From Bacillota bacterium (GTDB taxonomy: Bacteria; Bacillota; JAAYKD01): a DNA stretch of 64,000 nt. Positions within the stretch are counted from its first letter, which is position 1, and every line of letters starts with the position of its first letter. Below, one piece after another: positions 24,001 to 28,013 of the stretch. Made by a program: the position numbers and the translations under genes. The stretch covers positions 1,856,001 through 1,920,000 of the forward strand of contig OY762825.2 in NCBI GenBank assembly GCA_963666425.2, written 5' to 3'. The notes under the pieces were generated by a model. The model did not search any database, was not told where the DNA came from, and was given only the letters and a program-made list of their open reading frames with translations.

Positions 24001-24933
24001 CAGCTCAATACGGTGGTAGAAAAAACGGAAGACAGCAATCACCTGAAAGTCATGCTGGGAGCAGCAGAGTGGATCGTGACTGGTAATCAAACCGCACAAT
24101 TGCTCAGCAATGGCGACTACAGCCTGATCATCAGCGCGGATGGCTATCAAGCGGTCACCCTGCCGGTCACGGTAGCGGGTGCCGCGGTAACCGAGACAGT
24201 TGTTTTAATGTCTGCCGGTGCTGCGATTAATTACACAGCAGAAACGCTCAACTTAGCGGCAGGTTATCAAGCCAATACCGCAGCGGATTTCAGCGGAGTT
24301 GCGGTAGCCAGCGGGGCGAATTTTGCTCCCGGCTCGCTTCTCTATATCAAACAAGAAGCAACCGGCGCAATTGTTCCTCTCAAGTCGCAGGAACGGCCGA
24401 GTGCGCCGGCCAGTCTGGCTGTCAGTCAAACAGCTGACAATACGGCAACGGTTACCCCAATCGCCGGCGCAGAATATCGTATCGACGAGGACAGCTGGCA
24501 GGATACGAATGTCTTCTCTGCGGTCAGCAATTTCACAAGCCATTCCTTTGCCGCTCGAATCAAGGCAACCGGAACTTCCTACGCCTCCTTAGCAACAGCA
24601 GCCGACGCGCTGATTCTCTATCCGCAGACGATTTATACGCGGGCACTGGAGCTTGATCCAACCGCCCTGACCACGCAGGTGACGCTGGGCAACCACTCCG
24701 GAGCAGATGCCAATCTCATGTTGGTGATTGCGATTTACAATGCCAACGGCAGAATGTTGGAAATGAAGACGGAGAGCGGTATCAATTTGGTCAATGCGAC
24801 GGAAGTGGAAAAGGTGATTACGTTCAAAGCACTGCCGCAGGGCGGACGCTGCAAAGTCTTCCTGATCGATACGCTCAGCAGTTTACAGCCGCTGGCCGAC
24901 AGCAGCGAAGGCAGTATCAGTTTGGTTGGATAA
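1..24933 (+). CDS. Giant multidomain surface protein (>8,300 aa; Fn3, Ig-like/Big, CARDB, PKD, carboxypeptidase-regulatory-like domains), 5'-partial
   Basis: Frame is open from base 1 (GGC GCA GTC AAC CGC ACT TCG ATG) and there is no signal peptide at the ATG at 22, so the true start is upstream of the window. Fn3 signatures (xLxW...YxIYR...YxD...YxYxVxAxD), DxxxP linkers, two PKD motifs (YAWDFGN, FVWDFGDG) and CARDB motifs (PDLxV...NxG...ExxExNN). Confidence 0.9.
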   Translation, partial: GAVNRTSMSEAIPNFAWDTTNTTGNKNTDVRLKAILTDFTSLKSAVSVAEVTDAYAYSFTIDNAPTPVPTDFTVSAGPGKITLNWTAAAYQYANVYRSTTLAGLSAAVEPFYHGYFYSAERSYLDYFYAAADTALVYYYAVTTIDSRGIESSKVVCSSPVSPLADTIAPDLYLSGAGSYVSLASDFYYNATDNIALAALEATLTAENTAVTTIVDLDFTDHRTTAYGYITNDRMAELGLSGGAYTVTLTATDSYGNQYSESSSFIYDITPPLLPATLTAVSLAGKVRLAWTASVSTDVQSINIYRSTAAEGSFDYYTSVAGDQIKFDNYDAGNVGVTFYYKIKLLDHAYNESVFSEMVSAAVGDFTPSMRIAAQPVIGRTTTIYFSGFQPYETIDFYLDQSATAFDTGYSSYETDTEQEAQLAVPYDMTGTHTVKAIGRTSEKIALLRFTVGSYAPSFTLSAGSVAVGGSLNYSIVGYADYKYVYFYLQPDDAGTEYGHYLTYQYYSQTEISNSFQIPADTLPGIYTIRAVQIDSGLTAYATVTITAPQVSLVINDSSPTLGQYVYFTASGFLPYETVRFYLADLPGYAQQSGYTGQASYSVQLPGSITGGSFVTLAVGQTSGLAAELTVPISSAIPGITLPAIVQPGSVFTVSGSDFTPYSNVKLLVDGVEKTTVYSYEGNVSINYSFADTAAEGRHAIELLDTSGSKAGGSVVLLRPSLTLTLSAEPTLGEDLTLIATGFRNNETVAFTMNGVAQGNAVADASGIAALTIHALDVTSSSYFFTAAAVSGSVTKGWRSNGPDNELSIAYTGAMQPDVLFHFTVAQLAEGEAIRVYLNHQLYALNPAVTAAADGTASFSVTLPAGYSSDSLNLTVMGETNSLWQTATVPVHQTTPVLTVTPSSPTAGSVLDFSVSGFAPGETAALWFNAKPVASAAADGSGAAVLSYTPDIAAIAGDYPVVVAGSRSNHYLKKTITLNSYVFTVNAPATADPGSRVTLAASGLVEGETLHLLFDQTCISGSGIIAAAGSAALDYTIPPYLAAGNHSIRFVLAKSAVLIEKSIYITDLTPQLAASQSGTETKASLNLSGFLPGEGVLVYFDQRDVTANTTTAEGSSSFVISETGALTLIYNFPASITSGDHSFAVIGKASQRAAYSTLAVEVTGQRLTVANSEGRAEGKPGDLLTLHADGFTASVDVSVLFGEINLTPANHTTDAIGAYSATIVLPLGTAEGLHAIQIVAASVSELAQTTLRVDTTAPAVPELRATPAKRQITLAWDKSADVDTTSYLIYRKLSTENADSYVLTDTLDAAVNTVTHSLTEGSHPLAVDVNYHYIIKARDRLGNLSVASAALTAALLPDTAAPVLEYMGNPYAGYRNGFYVLQGSAHFTPTISDDRQASTVLLEYSKTGTNYTALPAVSLTYQGQSYYSGLFTFRGDITLDTLAITNQPNFGDGLYTIRLSVTDAAGKTAVRTQQYYIDNTKPAAPTNLAAAAGPKMVKLTWNYGEISDVNYFLLQFGPDLEHLTTYYLSASTRSYDLVNLLPATEYIMQLAARDDVNNISDAVTVRATPIIDTEKPILPLDTISPAANSRISKNLNLQLKATDNVGLSRFLLSIAPFGSTEFTSIDPAEINSYIYSNIQYLYLENLSYQGNYTLRLIAVDSADLQSDPVEITYQFDTQAPQLTALTATAISGGIMISWAKAADADLYFYYLLRKAPGETDYSYYRYISPSYYAQTSGLIAYLDYAVTAGETYAYKISAYDDLNNSTNPAEATAVSAQPGAFNLTLSLTPTQDVKPGAVLSLTATGLSPYESAVFSIDGLEIFTAYANEKGNLLYDWSYIKNTTSGEHTLQMQSSSSNQLKSVNFTAVATKLAAPGNVNAAAGIMNISLSWDAVGAAYGYQLYRKADEGDYLLLVDKIYGRTYTDYAVAKDIVYSYQVAAFDRYNAIGEKSIEAIAKPDPDQIAPEIAVFVSNRDGNLLTLVATVSDDIRLAKVDFAYKPAGTDDSAYQMIESVSISGSKKTAAASCSFDTSALTQGNYTLRAIVWDGANNQSTPRTLSTTISTSLPHAPQNLTAVAGQMRIALRWEAPGVIEEPIARYNIYRKVGEADFVLLSTTTLTNYTDLAVGLATAYTYQVKAVNVFGYEGPEVRMTTPVTALADTSVPVISGFAPAANSRLGGQINMSVIASDNVAVKQIDFFVVTANGLLTLGRSETGSISFNSVNYQTEGDLVIKARVRDAAGNQAEQTVTYKVDNVAPTAPLATAASGELSIQLTWSLPLMPTDLSYYNVYVLANNTTPEQNTTPPVAKVTTLFYNYKVGTTASFYITAVDSLDNESIASNIVTATPGTDRTAPVILSLTPNNQAIVRADTNVRADATDNVAVNSYLFEVIPMLQDTDTGSLKIMPAAAWTELSLQPTTPTIKTGSFVWNTQDSIITAEGLQARYPDGYYTLRVTAKDMIGNASLKTEVVKVANHPPIAPDGLRVDAGEWRLMVSWKPMSGSDVAGYKVERQIEGESGFTEVAETTSNVYIETGVSPLSLYSYRVAMINDLGNLGPWAAISNQRALEETSTPSILSMSPLQDQRFNSALNLKILAQDEVAIEQIKLSYYRIGDQSSGEIPAEAVYTEIAVLSGASIVYGNVETSENDVFGTDCYTAAYRWTTEALAEGLYALKAVAYNKGNQTAFIVKKYYKDTQPPAAPGGVTLTDPGIGQTLNLTWTSGADVLRYEIYRSTNAEAVFTYAEPAGYLKLPATLSPTFSDTGLTDGMTYYYHIVTVDAAGNVSNPSSRVSGTPTAKSDLGIQAIYTDPAVLILGRNNSLKASMRNDGTARATGVVTFYYFDGTSDIAVGSVNVDYAANTGGETSLVWLAPLTLSASVTVKATVTTNPGSDDISAENNQFTRSSIATNQPPTAVITLPAEPYESGFLLSFNANASSDVGGRIVSYAWDFGNSKKAEGAAATSQYTLPGEYTIRLTVKDNNGAETTAVQTIIVGDKRPDLYVDSIRWTPSETKEGDVVTITAVIGNKGFGNAALGFLTGFYIDNQYMGYSKCDVNLNNISLARGETREVSFNYVAAAGVHVVKVVANDILDTLKETDKGNNNRSAVLSNQQISFADVGVESIVWVPDGTVFDTQQAFAYRTVIKNHGSASAANFGVSLYIDDEYRGRQMVPNLAVGAEMTLNYYVAPAVGIHKVEIKVDDLNPVLIEENTTNNNANLITEDFTVIYPEITVGNIIWKPTETTLTEGTSITFEAKLINNSTINITKNFLVHVAMDGRVFKTITVYGLKAGEVKDVLTKWSASSGEHSFKVIVDAKKAVIDPDTTVEKSITIPKLSILYPNLHISNVSYSPLSVETNKMVSFLVSINNQSVATAFKRFNIGLYVDGKAVAGSTIDGIRGYSTVPVVINWTPETAGLHTIQILADSFGELTMSAATEGIRRSWTTSLQVSEALVLKTNPNKEAQDEDFMAVLYTSGDGFIPLSASLRHASISSQNLGPDEDASVSYTLKKGSVLVSGFEGQMAFNSSNRQFEYQLPITTELTTGTYTLEFLGSCGTEILSSICNIMIVKETTVTLETNKDTYLLGETIRVSGRMTVGGQPVANERVVLDFQLQPRLTDPLRGYDAKGNEIMMIWQAEEIVFAVTDLNGNYEYKFTPFTGEAGDWTILAFAYQNALGGGAPPKEVKVWGMAASPASLTLVATKNSQFSKEIKFRHAAPNYAEGDPLTSVSAILVATALNNGVSATIDTSAMARSLAPGAETGVILNVSAGLNCDDTATYEIVFSSAQGATCKTRVTINLRPATPIPVTDVKSISIGVNPADSVSRIVTVTNKGKGYLDGLKITLPGSIPWVTAGSIGSTRLAPNESTTFTVEFSPGVGVALGQYQDKLVVSDATGKFYANVALSAEISSAKTGGISFRVTDDVGTKVGNADITIISKEPYTSMAGGVETQYYPNFTTRTDANGVAQFYEKPLGDYDLVVMAAGRKKFVSQCSVMPSTGAPFMDILLQNEPISIEWTVVPTTIVDEYEIKLELTFGAHIPVPAFGFNPPWVNIPKEVNEPIVVEANVVNTGLIAITDVVASVVRANKSETGISIIGGGYLGEIGAHSSAKIRLQVQPGVYQLLFSKNAAGNPLNYIKFEGTYVSFDSDTGLPIDPAPVITGVLPLYNPSETSVTLQVRLPEENAKVVEEEVKLPEGQMEELRYIAPAGGNRDDLLKPGADSAYEIVQLTLSQKATLERQAFDATLKITNGYPEYALQNLRVDVTVTDADGKDVTNKNFVIATGINGLTDLDGNDSLAAGKNMTATWQIIPGSDLGGTSVTGKLYYAKALISYYVNGRLVQTQTEGVEITIVPQPKLTLNYYVPHTVLSNTPFKLAVKVSNSGYGEAKNLIIDSGKLEISSNQSGLLTDFEILGSSFGSTTGSNFRLEFGNIGPAVYSETTDLITNQVTGSWTPTEVSGYWLVRWNLPVEAEENPYEGEFRDFKATLTHKDYKGVQLNPLIVGVTTSIIGKEDVLADLNADGALAVVNEGNTGFPDFLMNLVSGLRIPIFVPDSVETSVSYETGGNYLQLKSAKPTAALDYNSVRYQIIMLPAPEGCGNISAVKRSLSADGSNPSSLSFSNYWKDFGNIYIVDQIPVSYDASGSRVFLDSWYTIEFGSGVILGDLGYSRFVYTLAAPGEEGGIPIGVEGTGSYIKDAVYYDTGIYPDQGENDLTLRVLLDNRSKNVENGSIRFSVIDTTIPLGENQTIFNAEVAFVNLQPYITQYVSCSSWVPVKGGVYQIKAELLSGGEATGRFVTSEAVVNSLPYGNAGADIANAVVLQPVRFDASRSYDRDGYITSFVWDFGDGESGYGLTPTHTYLKSGSYKVKLYVMDNNLSTTWPPKLVGSALGGEPDPATVTEQNEFSVMQITVLENRPDLFVQTIEFSESTPAENSVFTVTATLQNGTSEGTAGGLTATPAPFLVGFYLDDVYRGYVRVEDAITVNNTKEVSFDLTMPAGGTAHKVSVIANDIGKYIEEADFDNNRLDQVINGTQTDFADLAVENLQVSAISGDTVQWHAGITVQAKVKNLGSAAAGAFKIVAYANDTLIYSALVDELAVSGEENISFPWLPETSGDYQLRLLADGPLSTVVEMVEDNNSQTQTIKNLNVTYADLTVQNVRTSLSGSIVPQGTNVVLFANILNQGSAANRTASKAYFYVNNRFIGAAEFGKTEALAAGASTTISYIWKNPDIAAEEILVIVDPENKVLESNEANNTGSYYFSSPLTVTAAQLHLVDLVTNTTAVQYGDSVTTLVKVKNSGDRAITTPFATALYVNNRKVGMVTTDAIGIGSQVELSFTWKADQLPTGSYLLRAYTDSEAKLNLTDRSQTYKSAVLSVGHSLVLTPVSSAAAYSLGEASHVSLGVASSAASWSPLGDAAVSVQLYSVSEGAEPVLTAVGEPINLVYDPAAGTYQGVVTSPAAAGSYRLRFNAVKDLLTATTETDIVYTNAFQISLSNATEQSYTIGQSITAAGTVTDANGAAIPDAAVTISVIGEETWQFSGRTDANGTYSIAVNLPTDCGGAYTMKASASIAGVKKQTASIVFFIDGLYLALNSKVTIVQGYDQMLAGFVTNLGVTAADNISLVVSGLPAGLTIEPLLTLNATNIAAESSQEIQLKLSAAETLAAGVYEITLTAGNASHVLTVSVVAAEAKYSINIIGEVESGGDGLRKEALTMSLRQGEMKTSVIQVTNSGTANLTGLTVDCDLPFVRFSATPVDGYLIKPVNKGYTIRDAEGRASIVVAVSPSNFTQTGLYEGSITLTSNAGVRKIPIVISVGSEQVASLTYEVRNDSNTPLQDATVELSGVVQQKDPVNFSGKTDVDGRITFSNIPAGAYQLTATADLHSTLSAAVDLPALNDRLPQIITLTKQPMVFGFEAAAEDSMRSSSTKSVGYDSVVYKAEQLAASTEPQLQPNLPADEQQFWYISGKILNRLSIRNPAAPITLTDLSASDSKLKDVTLEVVSTSKNLPLNAFLLKGESGYTPVRYIGDLAAGQVIDLIWSLDIDRLFVMAKVAAVGSTGEFQLTFDGTKVSQAMVDAYVKANDPLGEGSLQLVAGSYTAGGNSFNVKVTAGSDQTYRTPTDRIPLYFGNQVYLFDATIKASGTRSDNGATVETLIPVRVRYLAPDYEIWGSGKQNANQEDSGSQTTATDAYDENPGLKQEIQLEAAFPSVNGQTAKGNYSQNFLKEMGYGLPEVPEEATKNADLDFGFSSGAGFAEQVVGLKLNLTNTSSTSPMTDLSIRLLLTDNSYDAEGNLIKGGSPVYPAVNLIASATGENAPVVDGYGITLSELNLGETLKLNYQLKLDEVQDIYSAIAEFDPSIAKLLQNKSSGKIYARFLYEYTQDGKQQSVMSSVREFEVKAKPKVYISYDLEAYQSDPNRFTLTAYVTNLGEGAAEGVYVSAPIMPETEYKFVVTSGNSTKGTNLGDGKVQLGTIQPGETEKVYFNLIRIEVTAAQKGTKLSLGKLAELPAMPVKSEIAGNLIVAPMKMEAMNTLRAHENFLSMQTELDNLQVNLEKVVDKTVSELARSILDQYDYARILTGAVGITKVYEMTSGVANLIGWIKSIAELPAKLKGAFTSADDELKEVLNGKVLTPDEYKLFAATQQAYQGYGTKLLNLYTSGISWFNNWIGNTLDDYINTAKDVWNTYSDAKKGKAGVEAMADYEVKANQALDTLGKAAKFISDAVNTKSKSERTSLTTQGKAALEAAQSLIQAASEIKTKNMAVFESIASGSTNGWIGGEVDRYYLSAANAYVNEVEFAVQETLKIIAAQMQAIVAVNAFEDAAEGMKASAENMTKVTKEAQQVLDATNNMLNNVGYQPNQSVMDQVKNFRSSSTVVDFAKSWLTSKLTIVDMAALQNISKTTPTLVKNLGNLAIAVKTAPEEGFSNAEVADLIFECIFPNSTEVAKEKYAYFYDEFDAYAPAGGSKTAEYSIYTLTQAIKLSSTNVIDLDAYEKAINQLATSKTTNSQAVMNAAVSSATRKSNVFNMLEQTRADLALIGEMIQGYLDNDLTATAYYPSGQVLDYLKSLNTQLKSMYANPNGSPIPITRVGRYRNLWVYTADGMDLVPDQITLFEVYQLQQEVDASIAEGFDAIYQRHIVNMMKDIETRLTLASTAFAFMGSVSGASGSLSAIAATAAQMINTSSYVTALDSLDATILTKLSKQIGELAVNTTLMVNKETSIASNLLDVFNTLENWRKVDPELPLTVLSQQATDVALQEGYTEGQTTVAISIRNEHTGSVTIAPTVEIYDSYGLVNSVTLASQTLLPGQTGQFSGLVAVPHNALRDAGGYIAVFTFEASEAETMTISPTYGPYTAAFNAHRAAALAQMKSETADAVQTSQPLGGYLAGKIEAVMNGQVVEVAEVVDSQTVTISKSAGTILRIFCAAISGSGVSLSVSDSQGQPVSAFADLINPADFVLISDPAAGIYTVTVSNGAASEQGFALQVVEHPNYGTVAGIYTQYTNVQAAQNSSGEWQATIPINLYETGLLHDLTGITFTVSELSLQSDAAIKIVGSEMTIQNAKNEVQSQPFTIPAGTGKQLALVIKPNPDHADGIYTGSLSIHLTAEAFNTGYSTHSGWTANGDGSDTLIIPLALKLDTAVPNAPSFTAEVNAAAANTVTISGTAIPGERIYIYTTEPGSELVDAADQVYAVLTADANGSYTMDLVLEMTEEFLSATSGSLTLYAKAAAVNGVLSEASAAVSVNIDYYDTTAPQITLLSPYAGVELSNPVSQIRFEVFDGESAVVEESIQVDVNGSGMNAAWNRTEKLYEVNLATPLTGGTNNLRISAENEVGLLATETYDVILGDVITAVFTVMEASTPIAGATVSINGVDLTTDLNGTVSTELAAGNYTYTVSKTGYLSVNDSKNIQADDRSITVLLQKSANITYTISSAANAVANAKVEIKTKAAVLVTSGYTNAAGQLTLQLPLATYDCTISKVGYLSQTAEIAVTQDAAKAVSLANDTTANFLVTIKLQNQLNTVVEKTEDSNHLKVMLGAAEWIVTGNQTAQLLSNGDYSLIISADGYQAVTLPVTVAGAAVTETVVLMSAGAAINYTAETLNLAAGYQANTAADFSGVAVASGANFAPGSLLYIKQEATGAIVPLKSQERPSAPASLAVSQTADNTATVTPIAGAEYRIDEDSWQDTNVFSAVSNFTSHSFAARIKATGTSYASLATAADALILYPQTIYTRALELDPTALTTQVTLGNHSGADANLMLVIAIYNANGRMLEMKTESGINLVNATEVEKVITFKALPQGGRCKVFLIDTLSSLQPLADSSEGSISLVG

Positions 24934-24956
24934 ACAGCATAAGGCAAGGAACAACA

Positions 24957-24994
24957 ACAACAGGCAGGTTCTGCATGCAGAACCTGCCTGTTGT
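24957..24994. terminator. Perfect 38-bp palindrome, probable bidirectional terminator between convergent genes
   Basis: ACAACAGGCAGGTTCTGCA|TGCAGAACCTGCCTGTTGT followed by ATTTTG, 23 bp after the giant gene stop. Confidence 0.8.
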
Positions 24995-25092
24995 ATTTTG
25001 AACGTGAAAATTGCTGGAATCAGGTCGACCTGTTCCTGGCGTGTCACCGGAAAACGATCTATGATGCAAGGTATGGCGGCAAGGGTTGACCG

Positions 25093-26241
25093 TTAATTGC
25101 AATCCTTGTCTGACGGCGTTTGTCTTTCTTCGTACCAATGCATGATAAATCCGCAGAGATCCTGGGTAGCGTTCCTTTTCCCTAAAAGCTGAATGGTGTC
25201 TCGCAGAATGCTTACCCTCAATTGATTGGAGAATAAATTGTAGACGGCTTCTTCCAAAGGGAAAGTGGGAGTAACATAGAGTGCCAGGCCATTGTTCAGC
25301 ATGAATTCAACGTTGCGGACTTCCTGACCTGGAATCGGATTGATCATAATCATCGGCAGCCCTTTGGCTAAGGCCTCTGAGGAGGTTAAGCCGCCTGGTT
25401 TCGTGATAATACAATCGGCGGCATCCATCATCAAGTCCACATTGTCGACAAAACCGTAAATACGGAAATCTTTTTTTATCCGAATTGTTTTTAGCAAATT
25501 GTACATGCGTTTATTGTTGCCGCAGACGACCAAAGCCTGATAATCGAGTGGCAGTAGATCCAGTTTCTCAATGGTTTCATCCAGATGCCCGAAACCCATG
25601 GATCCGCTCATGATCAATACCGTCTTTTTTTCTGGATCTAAATCCAATTGGCGGCGGGCTTCTTTTTGCTCGATACGTTGAGAAAATTTTGGATGGATCG
25701 GGATACCAAAGGGAAGCATCTTACTGATGGGAATACCTTTTCGTTTTACTTCGTAGGCTAAGAGTTCGCTGGCGACGATATAGTAATCCATGTTACTGCA
25801 TTCCTGCCAGAGTGGGTGAACCGTAAAATCCGTGATGATATTCAGGGTCAGGGTGTCAGGCAGCAATCCCCGCTTTTTCATCAAATCGAGCATACAAGAG
25901 GCAAAGACATGCGAGCTGATGATCACATCTGCATGAAAATTGAGGATATAGTCCTGGATTTCGTGAGTCAGCAGGCGGGTGACCAATTGAGTCGGCGAGT
26001 AAGGAGAAGCAGGTTTGGTTACCCGATCCATGATTTGATAGATTTTTCGATAAGCAGGTTTCGCATAGGAAGCACTGAACAAATAGCCGCGGGAAACAGT
26101 TTCGTTCAACAAAGGAGCAATTTGCTCATAGACATCGAGTAATTCACAAGTGGCACCTTGCTCCTGCAGATAATCAGCCAATGCTTTGGAGGTAGCATAA
26201 TGTCCCTGTCCGGTTGGTAGGTATAAAAATAAGACTTTCAT
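25093..26241 (-). CDS. MGDG-synthase/UgtP-like diacylglycerol glycosyltransferase (GT28 family)
   Basis: TGQGH N-terminal motif, ITDFxxHxxW, ITKPGGLTSSEA, PIPGQExxN. RBS GAAAGGA precedes the ATG at 26241 (ORF track starts at 26259). Confidence 0.88.
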   Translation of the reverse strand: MKVLFLYLPTGQGHYATSKALADYLQEQGATCELLDVYEQIAPLLNETVSRGYLFSASYAKPAYRKIYQIMDRVTKPASPYSPTQLVTRLLTHEIQDYILNFHADVIISSHVFASCMLDLMKKRGLLPDTLTLNIITDFTVHPLWQECSNMDYYIVASELLAYEVKRKGIPISKMLPFGIPIHPKFSQRIEQKEARRQLDLDPEKKTVLIMSGSMGFGHLDETIEKLDLLPLDYQALVVCGNNKRMYNLLKTIRIKKDFRIYGFVDNVDLMMDAADCIITKPGGLTSSEALAKGLPMIMINPIPGQEVRNVEFMLNNGLALYVTPTFPLEEAVYNLFSNQLRVSILRDTIQLLGKRNATQDLCGFIMHWYEERQTPSDKDCN

Positions 26242-26297
26242 AGAATTATCCTTTCTCACAATTTGGAAATTGCAGCCGGTATAACATCAGAGGATTT

Positions 26298-27176
26298 TCA
26301 GTAGATTTCTTTGGCGTCACGGGGCAGTTCGTGAATATGACGGACATAAGACCGACTGTTGCGCGCTAATTTTTGATCATAAGTAAAATGCAGCCGTGCC
26401 GCCACTTCTTGGGCGGTTTCCTCGAACAAGTCCATCATCGTAAATAATGCCTGCCAAAGTGCGGCTTCCTCTCCGCTGGGGTAGGTTGCCAGCAATTTTT
26501 GCCAGGTTTGCGGCGGTAAGTAATTCTTCAGATATTTACCGGATTTACCGGTCGAAACCGCGAAATCGGTTTCTGTACCGACCAGCCAGTTCAGCATGGT
26601 GATCAATTTGAACTTCGGATATTGAAAACAATCCAGGGCATAAAGCAATTCATTGCGCCAAAGCCCTTTGGCGATATAAGGCGCCACCCAATAAAAATCG
26701 ATACAACGGCAATCAAAAATTGCCTGCGTTGGCCGCTGCACGAGATAATCGCCGTCATTGGCAGCCGGGATTTTCGGCAGCAGCGCATCTTTATCGAGCA
26801 GGACAACGGTCAGACTGTCGCTGCCGAATTCTTTTCGCATCGCCGCTTTGGTCAGGATAGAAAGATCGATGCGGTTGCCGTCGGTAAATTGCATCAGCCA
26901 AGCATAACGCTGTGAGAAATCGATGGCTTTTCCCAATATTTGATCCAATTGATCCGGTTCTTCCATGATCAGGATCTCGCCAAAACGGTCGAGCCAAGCA
27001 GGATCGGCTAAAAAGGAAGCGGTCTCCGTTACCACATAAACGATATCAAAATCCTGAAAGATATCTTTCGGAACCTTGACATTCGCCCGGGAGCCGTTGA
27101 GATAAACCGCACGAATTCTTTCATCGTTTCTGGCTGTGCTGAGAAGCAAATCCAGCATTTTCTGTTCATTGCGCAT
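26298..27176 (-). CDS. aadE: Aminoglycoside 6-adenylyltransferase (ANT(6)/AadE/AadK family)
   Basis: MRxExxM...DERIRAVxLNGSRAN...KDxFQDFDI, GNRIDL, YIAKGLWRxE and SxGKxGKY are family motifs. RBS TAAGGAG precedes the ATG at 27176. Confidence 0.88.
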   Translation of the reverse strand: MRNEQKMLDLLLSTARNDERIRAVYLNGSRANVKVPKDIFQDFDIVYVVTETASFLADPAWLDRFGEILIMEEPDQLDQILGKAIDFSQRYAWLMQFTDGNRIDLSILTKAAMRKEFGSDSLTVVLLDKDALLPKIPAANDGDYLVQRPTQAIFDCRCIDFYWVAPYIAKGLWRNELLYALDCFQYPKFKLITMLNWLVGTETDFAVSTGKSGKYLKNYLPPQTWQKLLATYPSGEEAALWQALFTMMDLFEETAQEVAARLHFTYDQKLARNSRSYVRHIHELPRDAKEIY

Positions 27177-27304
27177 TGGTTTACTCCTTATTTTGAACTG
27201 GATATCACTCATTGATTATTCGTGCCGTTTGCTGCGGGTTCCTTCTCTCGGACGCTGCCACAGCCGGAATCAGCTTGATGACAAGCGGCAGCGTCAGCGA
27301 TGAA

Positions 27305-27979
27305 TCAGTTTTTAGAGCTGCACGAAAAATTTAACCATTGAGCAGGGCAATCTGCCTTCTCTTGGATTTCGTTAAGCAAACGAGCAGTATGAAAACCATC
27401 GCAGACCGCATGATGTGCACGGATCGAAAAAGGCAGCAGCATTCGTTTACCTTGAGCAAAATACTTACCGGTTGTGAAAATAGGCAGCAGATAAGCCATA
27501 CTCTGGGGCAGATGCAGGTTGAATTCGCTGAAACTGATCCAGGGTAGAGCAGAAAAAGGAAAAACATTCGCCGGGGTGTTCTCTTGGGCTGTTAATTTGT
27601 GCACATTTCCGAACTGCGCTGTATTCTCCAAATAAGATTGATAAAATTGAGCAAAATCTCTCTGAAAAGGGGTCCAGATACTGGTAAAGGTTTCACTTTC
27701 CGGTTGGAACCAGGTATAAGAGGGGTGAAGTATATCCCAATAACCCAGAACACCATTTTCGTCGAGACATGTGCGAAATTCACTATGATTGTTGACCGCA
27801 CAGGCTGTGAGGTAGATGCTGACAGGGTAAAATTTGATTTGCTTTTGCTGACAGGTTGTCAGTAAAGTGGTGATGTCCAAATTGACCGTGATATTATAAG
27901 TGCAAGCCACTTCCTGCAGATAATGCTGATAATAGGGTGTCCGCGGCCAGCCATTGCAATCGATTGGATGGAATGTCAT
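27305..27979 (-). CDS. cat: Type A chloramphenicol O-acetyltransferase family protein
   Basis: Catalytic HHAVCDGFH motif, SALPWISF, PIFTTGKY; 224 aa. Confidence 0.9.
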   Translation of the reverse strand: MTFHPIDCNGWPRTPYYQHYLQEVACTYNITVNLDITTLLTTCQQKQIKFYPVSIYLTACAVNNHSEFRTCLDENGVLGYWDILHPSYTWFQPESETFTSIWTPFQRDFAQFYQSYLENTAQFGNVHKLTAQENTPANVFPFSALPWISFSEFNLHLPQSMAYLLPIFTTGKYFAQGKRMLLPFSIRAHHAVCDGFHTARLLNEIQEKADCPAQWLNFSCSSKN

Positions 27980-28013
27980 TTCTTTTCTCCTTTTCTTTCG
28001 GGAGCCTCTTTGC

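Noticed and set aside
296-24947. Many short antisense or alternate-frame ORFs inside giant gene 1, including 13600-14691 (363 aa), and similar ones inside giant gene 2
   Set aside because: They are shadows of a long coding frame with biased codons and show no recognisable motifs.
27213-27304. GACGCTGCC...GGCAGCGTC hairpin between cat and aadE as an integron attC site
   Set aside because: No RYYYAAC/GTTRRRY core boxes flank it and there is no integrase; it is more likely an RNA hairpin.
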